A stretch of 43,139 nucleotides of DNA from contig JAUCBJ010003560.1 in NCBI GenBank assembly GCA_032718475.1, positions 1 through 43,139 of the forward strand, written 5' to 3'. A program made the translations under genes and the position numbers. This document shows, in pieces, positions 1 through 12,107 of this stretch. The notes beneath the pieces were generated by a model that saw nothing but the letters and a program-made list of their open reading frames with translations, was not told where the DNA came from and did not search any database. Every line of letters begins with the position of its first letter. Within the stretch, counting starts at the first letter, position 1. This DNA is from Nemertoderma westbladi. Its lineage: Eukaryota > Animalia > Xenacoelomorpha.

Positions 1-399
<399 letters not shown>

Positions 400-894
400 G
401 GACCCGCAACAGTTTTAGACGTTAATGTATCAGAAAACATTTACTTGTATTCGTTATAGAGAACATGGACTCGTATTCATTTAATAATTACTGTATGAAA
501 TATGATTGTTGAAATGTTGATTTAAAAAAAAACATTTTTAATAAATTTTTTATGGATTTTAAACACGTTTTAGAATGTTGGCAAGATGGCATTACTGATC
601 TTTATGGTTCACAAAATTAAATTTTTTTTTATATGTGTTTCTATGATTATTTCCGTTCTAGAACTTTTTTCTGGGTCATATTCTTTGTTGACAATGAATA
701 TTTTTAATGCTTGATAACTAGCTAGTTGTTTTACACAGTTAGTTGGTTGACTATTTTAAGTCAGCCAACATTCTTTTGAAAGATGCCCATTCCAGCGACT
801 TTGTTGACCCAGACACTGGAACATGCACGAATCTTATTGAATGCATGTGGAAAATTACTGATTGTCTAGATATGGATTGAAATGATTATCTAGT

Positions 895-1255
895 TAGTAT
901 GTTTGTCTGTCTGTCGGTCTTTCTGACTATCCGACAATCTATCCGTTAAATATAAGAAAAAGTTATATAGGGGTTTTCCTGGTCGCAGAACTCATTTTGA
1001 GTATCAGATTTAACATTTGATGATTTAACATTTGACGACTGATGAATTTGTCTGTTTGGCTGTCAGGCTGTCGGTTATATTTTGACGGGCAGACTGACAG
1101 GCATACAAACAGAAAAGAAATGGCCAAATTTGAATACTGATCAGAAATGAGGTCACTGACCAAGACTGACCAAGAAAACCCATATAGGAAATTTTAAACA
1201 GTTGTTTTGGAGACATACTGACGGCCAGACTGACTGAAAACTGAAAAACGGACAG
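895..1255. repeat. Degenerate inverted-repeat (MITE-like) element with CTGTCTG/CAGACTGAC motifs
   Basis: 965-1018 (tataggggttttcctggtc...gagtatcagattt) is roughly reverse-complementary to 1125-1188; 900-955 is roughly reverse-complementary to 1070-1112. Confidence 0.4.
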
Positions 1256-1770
1256 GCAGCCATATCACGATAAGTAAGATAGATTTTTCATATTAGTTTT
1301 CATATTTGGAATCTGGGTAAAAGTCTCCTCTAGGTGAAATATAAAAAAATATATAATAAATAAAACTTTGCAGACCCCCCCCCCCCCCCCCCCCCCCATT
1401 TTTTGTTTTCATTCACACCCAGAGTATTGTATTGCGTTGTTTAAATATCATAGTTTGATAGGCACAGCGATATGTCTTCAATCTTTGTAATTGTTGAAAT
1501 TAAGTTTGTAGAATATATTGTTTGTGCGAAATACAAAACAAATTATGAGTGAATCCAATTCCCAGAAGATATAATCATCAATATGAGACATGTAACGACG
1601 TATGTTTGGAGATTACAGTATAGCTAATTTTGTAGAATCATGGGATTTTTTAGAAACTATTGGGTATTTGTCACCAATAATTTTGGCACCATATCGGCGA
1701 AACAAAATGTAATACCGCCCACCTCCAGCTTGTAGGGGTGGGTAAATACAATTGTTAATGTTAATACAGC

Positions 1771-2169
1771 ACTACTCCTAGGATCAGCATGCTGCATTGC
1801 AGCTGCATTTTTAAGAATGCTGTGCCGGCTTGTCGACAAAATTGCGCCGCCACAACTCCCTTTCACCCATGACATTTGCTAGATCATCCGCATCTTCAAG
1901 GCCAGTGTTCTTTAAGATGCGTTTCAAGAAAGTCATGGGCTGTCCACCATGCTTATTCACTCCATGAGGCTGCCAAAGTACAAGATTATGCACTGGCTGG
2001 TCCTCACGGCGTAAGCAATGTCCTGCAAAGCGGAGGCGATTTTGTTCTAGTGTCAAGCTTGGGGAAACCAATGAGACACCTCCAATTTTATATAGTGTCT
2101 GGTTGGAGATGTGTGCATTGTACTTGACACAATGAACCCGGCGTAGCATTCTTGTGAATGTGCCATCTG
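1771..2169 (-). mobile_element. RTE-clade LINE 3' fragment (5'-truncated copy)
   Basis: ORF 1811..2149 reads DGTFTRMLRR...RLRFAGHCLRR...LVLWQP...G...T...L..DTG...M..R..WR, typical of the RTE ORF C-terminus. It ends in a short TAG-repeat-like tail. A near-identical second copy lies at 15007-15247. Confidence 0.8.
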
Positions 2170-2179
2170 ACTAATCAGG

Positions 2180-2590
2180 AGGGCAGGGTACAGCAAAGCA
2201 GAAAGCCGTAGTACGTTAGTACTACTGTATAATCAGGATGGATATAATATATAACATAACAAAGAAAGCTACGCCATCTAGCGGGCCAAAGGCGTAGGGC
2301 TTATGGTGATACTACACATACCCCTCTTTAGGTGGGGTGGGGTTGGCGTTAGCGCCTCAAAACAAATAGTTTATAAATAATTTATTGCGGAGTTACGGGT
2401 TACTCTAGTTTGTTATACTCGCTGTTCGAGTAACGTAAGGGCGGTTTTATTATTCTCCCCGACCTAGTCTGGATCGGAGGGGTAACCGGTTGTGGGACTT
2501 TTATTAAAATTTCAATTTTTAATTCACTGTAAGGGGGCGCAGGCCAAATTTTGCAGTGGGGCGCATGGTGATGCTGTGACGTCACTGCAT
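2180..2590 (-). mobile_element. Degenerate Ty3/gypsy 3' end (integrase tail, PPT, start of LTR)
   Basis: The minus ORF ends QTRSGRIIKPPLRY (typical gypsy pol C-terminal TRSGR..KPP.RY). It is followed on the minus strand by a polypurine tract AAAGAGGGG and then TGTAGT... near 2317. Confidence 0.6.
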
Positions 2591-2747
2591 CAAAGACAAC
2601 TGTAAATTTTCAGGCACCTTTATCTGGCAGACGAGCCTTGTATTCTGAACAGTTCCGCCCACATCTACACCGTAAAGGTGGGCGGGAGTGTTTTCTGTTC
2701 AACTTAACGTGCCATCTCTAGCTCATAGGGGTGGGTGTGACCTCTTC

Positions 2748-3319
2748 CGTACAATGTGAAAGGACCACAAGTCACAAAAAGTCATTTCGAGTAAAACTCA
2801 AATTACTGTTTGCCTTGTTGGTTTAAAATCTCCGTAAATTACTAATTTTTTATAACCCTACGCAATTGGGTTTGGGAAATTTTTCGACGTGATTATTTTT
2901 CACTTTCCATTAATATTTTGACTTCAGGGTTATTTTTGTACTTACGGTGTTTTTGCATTGTACAACCTGCATGTAAATACATATTTCAAGACAAACATTT
3001 CAATAAAACCGTATGTGCGTTTTCTTATTACTGTATCTACAGTATGCAATGACAAAACGCCGCAAGTCTTGTTGACTTACGGTTTTTTGCATAAATGTAA
3101 GTAATTGCGGTCTTTTGTATTGCACTTACGGTCTTTTTCCTTTGTAACACTAAAATTATACATACTGTATGTTGTGACTTGTGGCCTTTCTAACTGCATA
3201 TCTCAAGAACTACAGTATATACGGTCTTCTCGATTATACCATTAGATAGAGCGCATTTTTTAGACACAGAAAAAGTGAATATTGGAACAATGCAACTTAT
3301 GGTCTTTTTACATTGCACG
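2748..3319. mobile_element. MITE / non-autonomous DNA transposon with imperfect TIRs and internal subrepeats
   Basis: Left end cgtacaatgtgaaaggaccacaagt; reverse complement of right end cgtgcaatgtaaaaagaccataagt. The motif acttacggt(c/g)tttt recurs at ~2940, 3076, 3124, 3178 and 3295. Confidence 0.6.
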
Positions 3320-4160
3320 CAGACCTGATAATGACAAAGTCACACACCCCTACGAGATAGGGGTACAGTAGTATCACCAACGCCATCAAGTCTGTCGGAC
3401 ACACAGACTAACAGACCTATTGTACATTTCATTTTTAGATTAAGTACTGTGAATGTTAACACATCAAATACAGACTACATGCAAATTAAACGTAAGTCTA
3501 TTTGATAAGTCTACATTTTGTCTAAACTCACAGAAGTAAACATAACAAGTTCAAACATTTAAATATTTGAAGAGTCAGATATCTAAATATCTAATCAACA
3601 GCAAACAACACTGACAGGAGATTATAATGTAGTTTTTTAATTATATTTTATGCCGTTTGTTATTCACACTAACAATTATTATAGTTATACACCAACACCA
3701 TCTCCCATAATACAACAACCTTTTTAATAACGAGCCGAAAAAAACACCTCTGTAGCAATCTTTAACCATATCTTTTTAAGGCTTTACTTTTCGTCTTTGG
3801 AAAGCAATATCGCTTTCGCCTGCAGATTCCGAATCTGAAAACCGTTTTAAATATCACCCACAACTAGGCCTACCAAAGATATCGAAATACGATGTGTAAA
3901 TTTTGAGTCGCAAATTATTTTGCATTGCAAAAATAGGTCATAATATTTCGGAATGGAATGGTATTTTTTCCCTTTTAAATCTTTATTCCTCCGCCAATTT
4001 TCAACCAATGAAAGCTACTGTAATAGTGTGTGCAATAATAAAATTCTAGCAGTTTTTTAGTTTTGCAATTGTTGATCAACTGTTATAACTTTTTTTTACG
4101 AAAAATGTGCTTTCTTAAAAATTAGAAATTTATTTTGAAAAATAACGTTATTTTCTTTCA

Positions 4161-4559
4161 AATACGGTGGCTGATCTATGCCACTTAATAATTTTTTCTT
4201 TCAGAAGTTCTCCATGACGTCATAATTTGGTCGACTATAAATTAATTTATGGTCTACCAAAAGGTAATTTAATTAATTAAAAAAGAAATTTCCCGGTACC
4301 TTGTACGGCGAGATTTGGACAGGCCATTCATTGGTTACTCTAAGTAATTACATTCCAATAAACGTGCAATTTGATGGTTTCCCACTTTCCTAACCAATGA
4401 ATTGCCAATCACAATCTCGACCTACAAGTTACCGGGAAATTCAAACTACCAAAAATTAATTTATGGTCGACCATAAATTAATTTTTGGTCGACCATTAAT
4501 TATGACGTCATGGAGAACTTATGAAAAAAAATTAATTGGCAAAGATCAGCCACCGTATT
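4161..4559. repeat. ~400-bp imperfect palindrome (arms ~175 bp, loop ~50 bp), probable MITE
   Basis: aatacggtggctgatct...agttctccatgacgtcataat...ggtcgac...tttcccggta...cattggtta mirrors taaccaatga...taccgggaaa...gtcgacc...attatgacgtcatggagaact...agatcagccaccgtatt. Confidence 0.75.
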
Positions 4560-5278
4560 GAAAAGTACGAAACCACAATTCTGCTCGAATTTGTTCGTAA
4601 TCGACCATGCTGACTTAAAAAAAAACAGGTTACACCTTCTGAAAATAAAGTATAGGTCCTAACAATTTAAAGTAGCTTTTTAAGTCAAAAATATATATTT
4701 TGGCTCTGGCCGCTAAGGGGCGTCAAAAATTAATTATTTAAATATTACAATTCCAAAACTAGTCCAACCAAAATGTATCTTACACGCTTTTTGGAGCAGT
4801 ATGCAATTTAAAATGAAAAATTAAAACTTCCAAGCCAGTACCATCCCTCCCTAAGGCTTTCTTTTTACACTTTTCATTATTTTCATAATAGCGTAGCCAA
4901 GGTTACGCCTACACGCTACTCTGATTCAGGCTTCCACCAAATGAATGGTTCACTGACTCCTCCCTACTGCAGTACCGGTACTGCTCTACGGCCATGGCTC
5001 TACGTTCCCGAATGCACTCTTGACTTCCGGTACCGGTCAGTCGGTAGCGCGGTAGGCAGACTAGTTTCATGCATTTTTGTACCGGTACCGGTACTGTATT
5101 TAATTTAGGCCTATAAGTTATCAACTTCTAGTACTGTAACTGTAGTACAGAGTACAGTAGTATTACATTTATTCTGAATACCGGTACCGGTAATACTGTC
5201 ACTGTAATAAGCCAATTGAATTGAATTATTGTTTTGTTTTGTAGTGTAACCAGTACCGGTAACCGTTACGACAATAAT

Positions 5279-7246
5279 ATGTTGATCTATTGCTGGCTAA
5301 AGAGAATATTCCTTCGACCTTGGGGATTATTACCTAAGTTAATAGCCCAGGCGACTACGATTATCACCACGCATTACTACCTCCAATGCAAACTGCCAAC
5401 AACTCTGATCGCTTCCTTCGTCTTGTACATCCTACTCGGAGGTTATTCTTTTCTTCGAGTTATATGTCTAACAGCCCCTAGAGATTTACAAGGCCTTTAC
5501 TATTTAATTATGACGCGACTCGCTGTTTCTATTCGCCGACGAGCAAAGAAAACAGTCGCGAAATGTTTCGTTGAACAAGCGACAAAAAATCCTGGTAAAA
5601 CCGCCTTTATTTTCGAAGACAATCACTTTTCTTTCATCTATTGCAACCAAGTCGCCAACAGAGTAGCTAATAGATTCCTTGCTCTGGGATACAGACAGGG
5701 CGATGTTATCGCTTTATTTATGGAAAATTCCCCAGATTTCGTTCTCTTCTGGTTAGGTTTATCCAAGATAGGAGTGATTCCAGCTCTTATTAACTACCAG
5801 CTTAGGTCCGAACCTCTCTTACATTGTCTGCGCGCCTCCAAAGCAAAAGCTGTTGTTTATACACCAGAACTATCCGAAGCGGTAACCAGCGTTACAGACA
5901 GACTTTCTGTTATTCTTTATTGCCATAAACCGGTTTATTCAAACACTTCCGAAATAATTGAACCCTTTTTAGACGATGCAACATCTTTCGAGGAACCAAT
6001 AGGGGTTTCTTGCTCTTTCACAGACCCCTTGTTTTATATTTATACGTCGGGTACAACTGGTCTTCCTAAAGCCGCTATTATCTCGCACAATCGCTTTATT
6101 TATATGGCTTCCGGAATGACGTTTATGTTCGGAATAAAATCGACTGATATTTTGTACGACAGTTTGCCTTTGTACCACAGCGCCGGTGGTATTTTAGGAG
6201 TAGGACAATGCGTAATCTACGGGGTTACCGTTGTTATACGCAGGAAGTTTTCAGCTTCTAATTTCTGGAAGGATTGTATTAAAAATAAATGCACCGTGGC
6301 TCAGTACATAGGCGAAATGTGTAGGTACCTGTTGGCGCAACCACGTGACCCTGCCACTGATGCCGGGCATTCCGTTCGGGTTGTATTCGGTAACGGTTTA
6401 CATCCTGGTATTTGGAGCGATTTTAAAAATCGTTTTAATATCCAGCAAATAGGAGAGTTTTATGGGGCGACTGAAGGTAATTCTAACATCGTAAACTTTA
6501 CTAATAAAAGAGGAGCTATTGGGTTTACAACTCGGATTCTTCCGTTTTTGTACCCGGTTAAGGTTGTACGGGTTTCCGAGTCCACAGGGGAGCTAATCCG
6601 AGACGCGGACGGCATGGCGTTAACGTGTGAACCTGGCGAGCCGGGGATGTTTGTAGGTAAAATAGTTGCGAACGACCCCGTAAGGGAGTTCGACGGGTAT
6701 GTCGACAAGGCGGCCACCGGTAGGAAAGTCGCTCGCAATGTTTTCACTCAGGGTGATTCCGCCTTTCTTTCAGGAGATATTCTCGTGATGGACGATTTAG
6801 GATTCTTCTACTTTAAGGATCGAACTGGCGAAACGTTTCGTTGGAAAGGGGAGAACGTTTCGACCTGTGAGGTTGAAGGCGTTTTGTCTCGGATTCTAGA
6901 ACTTCGCGATAATGTTGTTTACGGTGTAGAAGTCCCTGGTTACGAAGGTCGTGCTGGTATGGTTGCTATAGCTACAGGAAACCTTCCGTTCCCTATAGAC
7001 TTAGAGAGTTTCTACCAGAAACTAGAGTCCAACCTGCCTGTTTTCGCTCGGCCTTTGTTTGTGCGTTTCGTTAATAAACTCGAGACTACAGGAACTCATA
7101 AACTCCGTAAGGTTGAACTAGTTAAGCAAGGGTTCGACCCCGGGTCGGTTAACGGAGACCCGATATTCGTGGTCGGGAGACGAACTTACGAAATTCTCGA
7201 TCGACAGGTTTACGACGATATTGTTTGTGGCCGTCGTCGTTTATAG
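5279..7246 (+). CDS. Fatp: Long-chain fatty acid transport protein (FATP1/4-like, SLC27A; very long-chain acyl-CoA synthetase), single coding exon, 655 aa from the first ATG
   Basis: AMP-binding motif YIYTSGTTGLPKAA, plus LPLYHSAGG, FSASNFW.DC, QYIGEMCRYL, EFYGATEGN, FATP signature GDIL..D..G.FYFKDRTGETFRWKGENVST.EVE, and YGVEVPG.EGRAGM. A likely 5'UTR splice acceptor (ttttgttttgtag) ends at 5244. Confidence 0.96.
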   Translation: MLIYCWLKRIFLRPWGLLPKLIAQATTIITTHYYLQCKLPTTLIASFVLYILLGGYSFLRVICLTAPRDLQGLYYLIMTRLAVSIRRRAKKTVAKCFVEQATKNPGKTAFIFEDNHFSFIYCNQVANRVANRFLALGYRQGDVIALFMENSPDFVLFWLGLSKIGVIPALINYQLRSEPLLHCLRASKAKAVVYTPELSEAVTSVTDRLSVILYCHKPVYSNTSEIIEPFLDDATSFEEPIGVSCSFTDPLFYIYTSGTTGLPKAAIISHNRFIYMASGMTFMFGIKSTDILYDSLPLYHSAGGILGVGQCVIYGVTVVIRRKFSASNFWKDCIKNKCTVAQYIGEMCRYLLAQPRDPATDAGHSVRVVFGNGLHPGIWSDFKNRFNIQQIGEFYGATEGNSNIVNFTNKRGAIGFTTRILPFLYPVKVVRVSESTGELIRDADGMALTCEPGEPGMFVGKIVANDPVREFDGYVDKAATGRKVARNVFTQGDSAFLSGDILVMDDLGFFYFKDRTGETFRWKGENVSTCEVEGVLSRILELRDNVVYGVEVPGYEGRAGMVAIATGNLPFPIDLESFYQKLESNLPVFARPLFVRFVNKLETTGTHKLRKVELVKQGFDPGSVNGDPIFVVGRRTYEILDRQVYDDIVCGRRRL

Positions 7247-8104
7247 GTCGATAATAAAATAATTCGAAGTAATTATTTTAGAATTTTAATTTAATTAATT
7301 AATATCCAATCCATAATTAATTATTGCCAAGAGAAAGAATATGTGTGAACTCTATAGTATAATATAATTGAGTTTTTGAATGTCGTGATCATACAGTATT
7401 TTACGTAATAAATATGCCATTAATATTTCTGGTTTTCTGGGACTAGAAATACATCAATAATAATTCTTTCTGAACAGACACTATAAAATTCATTTAAACG
7501 CTAAAAAGATCTTTGAAATTAGAAAATAATAATTTAGTAATTATAGGTTGTTGTTGTTTGGGTTCCCTTTGTGTTTATACCCTTTTAGATGGGGGCGAGC
7601 CTTTTACGTTGTAAATGTATTTAATATTGATGAATTTGTTCATCACAAGTATTTTGTAATGGGTAAAGTAAATATAATTTGTAATTTTATTCCAAAAGTT
7701 CAACATTATTTTCAACCTTTAATAAAGAAAGATGTAATAAGTTGTTCAGAAATGTAAAAAATGAAAAAACGCGTCACCGTGGCGTGGGTTGACAACCCCC
7801 GGTGACCCGCTTTCTCATTTATATCTTTCGCTTTCTCATTATCATATCTTTTATCTTTCGCTTTCTCATATATCATTCATTAAAGTTGCATTAACAGCTT
7901 AACTACAATTCATTTATTTAATACAGAAACAACATATCACATTATTACATGAGCACATTCATTAGTTAGGTAACGTACAGCTATGGAAGTAGCAACAAGC
8001 AGCAAACATAATATTATTTTTATACTGTTATTATTAATGATGTAATAATATGAGGGTTTTGTTCAGAGGTGGAAAATTATTATTAATATATTTAGATACT
8101 GATA

Positions 8105-8330
8105 GCTAACACCAATAGATCAGACTGTACTGCTGGCTCAGACAACTGCAACCATTCAAATTTGCTATGGAAGTATTTAATACTTAGTTCTACTCTTTAT
8201 CTTCCTAGATGCACTTTTATTAGAAAAATTATACGAAATATTTTACACTTTTTTTTTTACAACAAAACAATTTCCTAAACGAATTTTCGTTTCGCTGGGT
8301 TACACTTTTGGAATAAAACGATTTTTACAT
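8105..8330 (+). repeat. Dispersed repeat; a second diverged direct copy at ~10269-10520
   Basis: agctaacaccaat...actgtactgct..ctcagacaactgcaacc...aacaaaacaatttcctaaacg is shared by both loci. Confidence 0.75.
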
Positions 8331-8640
8331 TGCTTTTGATCCTTGTATCTTTATTTTGAGTCGCTCACTTCGCTCGTTCGTCGATATATGTAACAAACCA
8401 CTCGCAGTAAAGTGATACTTTACTTCACATACAAAAATGCATTTCTATATGCAATTTAATGTGAGCATCACTCGCGTTATGTTATGCGTTATTACTAGTA
8501 TTTTACCTTACATAATATTCAATAATTTTATTGTATCTTTCTATGCAAATTTGTATTTTCTTATGTTAATTTATTTTATTTTAACTCAATTTAATCTTCA
8601 ACCGAACTTCAAGATAATAAATTCCAGTAAATTATAACTA

Positions 8641-9000
8641 ATTACATACTTGTGTGTAAAGTAGCACTTTATTACATACTTGTGTGTAAAGTAGCACTTT
8701 ATTACATACTTGTGTGTAAAGTAGCACTTTATTACATACTTGTGTGTAAAGTAGCACTTTATTACATACTTGTGTGTAAAGTAGCACTTTATTACATACT
8801 TGTGTGTAAAGTAGCACTTTATTACATACTTGTGTGTAAAGTAGCACTTTATTACATACTTGTGTGTAAAGTAGCACTTTATTACATACTTGTGTGTAAA
8901 GTAGCACTTTATTACATACTTGTGTGTAAAGTAGCACTTTATTACATACTTGTGTGTAAAGTAGCACTTTATTACATACTTGTGTGTAAAGTAGCACTTT
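8641..9000. repeat. 30-bp minisatellite, 12 identical copies (attacatacttgtgtgtaaagtagcacttt)
   Basis: Direct inspection. It explains the repetitive ORFs 8638..8997 and 8652..9035. Two inverted related units occur at 9082-9170. Confidence 0.98.
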
Positions 9001-9758
9001 ACAGTGTGATGATCCGAGTGGCTTTGTTACACTAACGAACGTTAGTGAGTGAATGAAAATAAAGCCACGAGGGTCAGAACACTACTTTGCAACAAGTGTA
9101 TGTAAAGTTTGATTCCAAAATTTTACAGTACTTTGCAACAAGTGTATGTAAAGTTTGATTCCAAAATTTTAACATTACGAAATGTTTGTACATGATAGAA
9201 ACTGCACAAATTAAATTAGTTGTTGTATAAATCAATGTAAAAGTGAGATAAATTATGTTATAAATAAGTTCGCTTATATTTATGGTGGCGTTTGGAGCCA
9301 TGTTATAATAATATAGCTAGGCCCTACTGGTTATTAATAGCTATACCCCGCCTTCCGGTAGGTAATGCAGTAGGCCTATCTGGCTGTCAGGCAAATTTAC
9401 ACCTATTGTTTACGTGGTATCCAATGACGCCGTAACTTTACATCTCGCCGTCATTGGTTACTACATAAACATTACTACACCCACTACAATACTAAATGTA
9501 CAAGCCAATACAATGCTGTAATGTCCTCTAAAGTTGTAAAGTGCTAAATAACAACTCGCTATTAATACTAACGGCGTTGAGTAATGTTACAATTTTGGAA
9601 TACAAATTTTGAGCTATAAATATTCTATTCAGTGAACTTGTAACTATTTAATATGAAGTGTTATTCATTGTGCTCTATAATTAAATATATTAGCTAATAG
9701 ATAATTATATGGTGTCATATATTTTTAATATTTTTGTTGCTCATTATATGTGTGAATA

Positions 9759-11702
9759 CGGAGACCCGAAAAGGACATTATGTGAAATATGTATTTTTAT
9801 CTAGAGCGCTCTAGAAAATCTTTTTTTTTATTGGTTGAGCTGATTTTGCGGGAAATTCAAAATACCTAATCTTTTCGTTCTGTACCCCGGCAGACAGTTA
9901 GATTTATAATTAATTAGCGAACCGGTACCAACCTAAACCATTACCCGATTTATGCATTTGAATTTCCACCAAATCAGTCCAACTAATCGAATTAAATATA
10001 ATCTAGAGCGCGAGCGCTCTAGGTAGAGCACTTTTGTAGAAGACATTATTTTTGTTAACTTGTCAAAATTATTATTTAGTATTTTGTCATCAACAATGTT
10101 GCTAAAGGTACCTATTATGCACCTCGTTAAATTTTTCCCAATATATTAAATAATCATTACTCTTATATTATTTATTTTGACGGTCTGTCATACTTGCTCT
10201 AGTCGCTCTAATCTATTATCAACAAACAGAACAGATGACTGTAAATAATAATATATTAAGTTACTTCTAGCTAACACCAATTGACAGACTTTATAGGCAC
10301 AGATCGGACTGTACTGCTCACTCAGACAACTGCAACCGCGAACTAAAATTTGCTTTGTAATTATTTTATACTGAGTCTAAACTTTTTATTCTTTATTGCA
10401 CTATTAACACAAAAATTATACGGATTATTTGACACTTTTTTTCTAAACAAAACAATTTCCTAAACGGATTTTCATTTTCGTTTGGTAGGGTTACAACTTT
10501 TTGAATAAGGCTATTTTTTATCTTGAGCGCTCTACCGTGGTTAAATTTTTATTTGATTGGTTGGACTGATTTGGCGGGAATTTTAAACTGCCTGATCTCA
10601 TCGTTCTGTACAGGTACACCCCGGCAACACCGGCAAACGGCAGTTTCACCAGCAATTATCGTAAAACGTTCCGGTGGTTAGAGCGTCTTTCTTCCAACCA
10701 GGGAGGTCTTGAGTTCGAGCCCTACAAAAGGAACAGTCTAGTTTTCCTTAAGCTGTTAACCCAGCTTTCAACCCACCCAGTTGTAACGGGAACCTGACAT
10801 TGCTGGGGGAGTAAATGATAATTGATAATGAGAGTATAGGGCCCTGGGAGTTAGTTTGTTGAGTCCTCCGACAACTTTAATTAGGGATAGTTTATTTAAT
10901 TAATGATAGGGTTACCTATTTAAACTGTTTGAAACGCAGTTGTTGTGGAAACAAGACGCCGGTAGGCCTATACACAGACTGTTGATCACCAAGCTGTCGA
11001 TTCTCAATTAAATTCGGTTCTCTACATATTCCTAACTCTCGTTTAGTGTTTTGGTTCCATTCAACCCTCCTCTGTAACCTGCTCATTTTTGAACCTGCCT
11101 ACAAGCAGAGGCGCAGCCACGTTCCCGAAAGTGTGTGGGGGGGGGGGGGGGGGGGGGGGCGGATAAAATCATTTTAGGTGAAAAACACCCCCCCCCCCTC
11201 CACCCAAAAAGAATAGTTTGACAAATCTTAATGATATTTTAATGAAATTTGAAACTGAGATGGTTTCACCTCCCTCCTCCTTACTGGATGAGTCAACATA
11301 TCTTGACATGGGGAATTGAAAAAAAAATGTAATCAATTATTTTATATTTTACATTATTTCCTTTTATATTTTTTTATTTTAACCAAAACAATAGGGGCCT
11401 ATACGAAATTTAGTTGATTTGGAAATAATTAGGTTAATTTAAATAACTTAAAATTAACTTTAATTTAACTTTTTAGGTTAACTTCTATTGCCAGTGCAGA
11501 TACAACTCATGGGGTTTAGTACCCGACCAGAGTTTGTTAAGATTATTTGACTTTTTTTAGCTATTATGAGGGCTCAAGTTAGTAACATGAGGGCTCAAGT
11601 TAGTAACATGAGGGCTCGTGTTTAGTAACATGAGGGCTCGTGTTTAGTAACATGAGGGCTCGTGTTAGAAAAATATTTTTTCATGTCCCCTCCCGGGCTC
11701 CA
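9759..11702. mobile_element. Non-autonomous TIR DNA element flanked by TA, with subterminal tandem repeats and nested insertions
   Basis: Left TA|cggagacccgaaaaggacat; reverse complement of right end TA|tggagcccgggaggggacatgaa. Five 21-22-bp repeats (atgagggctc..gttagtaac) at 11567-11666; ctagagcgctctag motifs on the left arm. Confidence 0.55.
10671..10900 (+). mobile_element. tRNA-derived SINE (Deu/Nin-like central domain)
   Basis: Pol III A-box-like ggtggttagagcg (10673) and B-box gagttcgagcc (10711), followed by ccacccagttgtaacgggaacctgac, which resembles the conserved Nin/Deu core. No complete tRNA cloverleaf. Confidence 0.65.
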
Positions 11703-12107
11703 TAGATATGTGACATCACATGTTTTGGTAAAATTATCACTCATCCTGTTTTATGCAGTTAAGTATTTACCTTGCCCGAGGTTTATCTTTTACTCTAAAA
11801 TGGAACTTTATTGGAATTTTGTCGAATCAACATGGAACTGAATCTATAACTCCTGCTTCTAATGCCTAACTTGTGATGTAGAATTATAAACAGATTAACA
11901 ATTTTCTTTTGGTAACGTTTCTCAGAGGAGCCAATAACAATTTGGCTAACAGTTGATTGGTTTAGAATTATTGCTTATAATAAATATAGCGTATGTATTA
12001 TGCTATACACACAGACAATCATCATCTTTTAGTGCTAATTTCTATAGTGGACAGTAAATTGCACAGTAACTTTACCACAATGGCCTATCAGATTATTTGG
12101 TATTGGT

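Noticed and set aside
8638-9035. Repetitive ORFs (LLYTQVCNKV)n / (CKVALYYILV)n
   Set aside because: Translation of a 30-bp minisatellite; no coding context.
10671-10725. Functional tRNA gene (also 27490-27525)
   Set aside because: Only A/B-box-like parts are present, with no complete cloverleaf or acceptor stem; treated as SINE heads.
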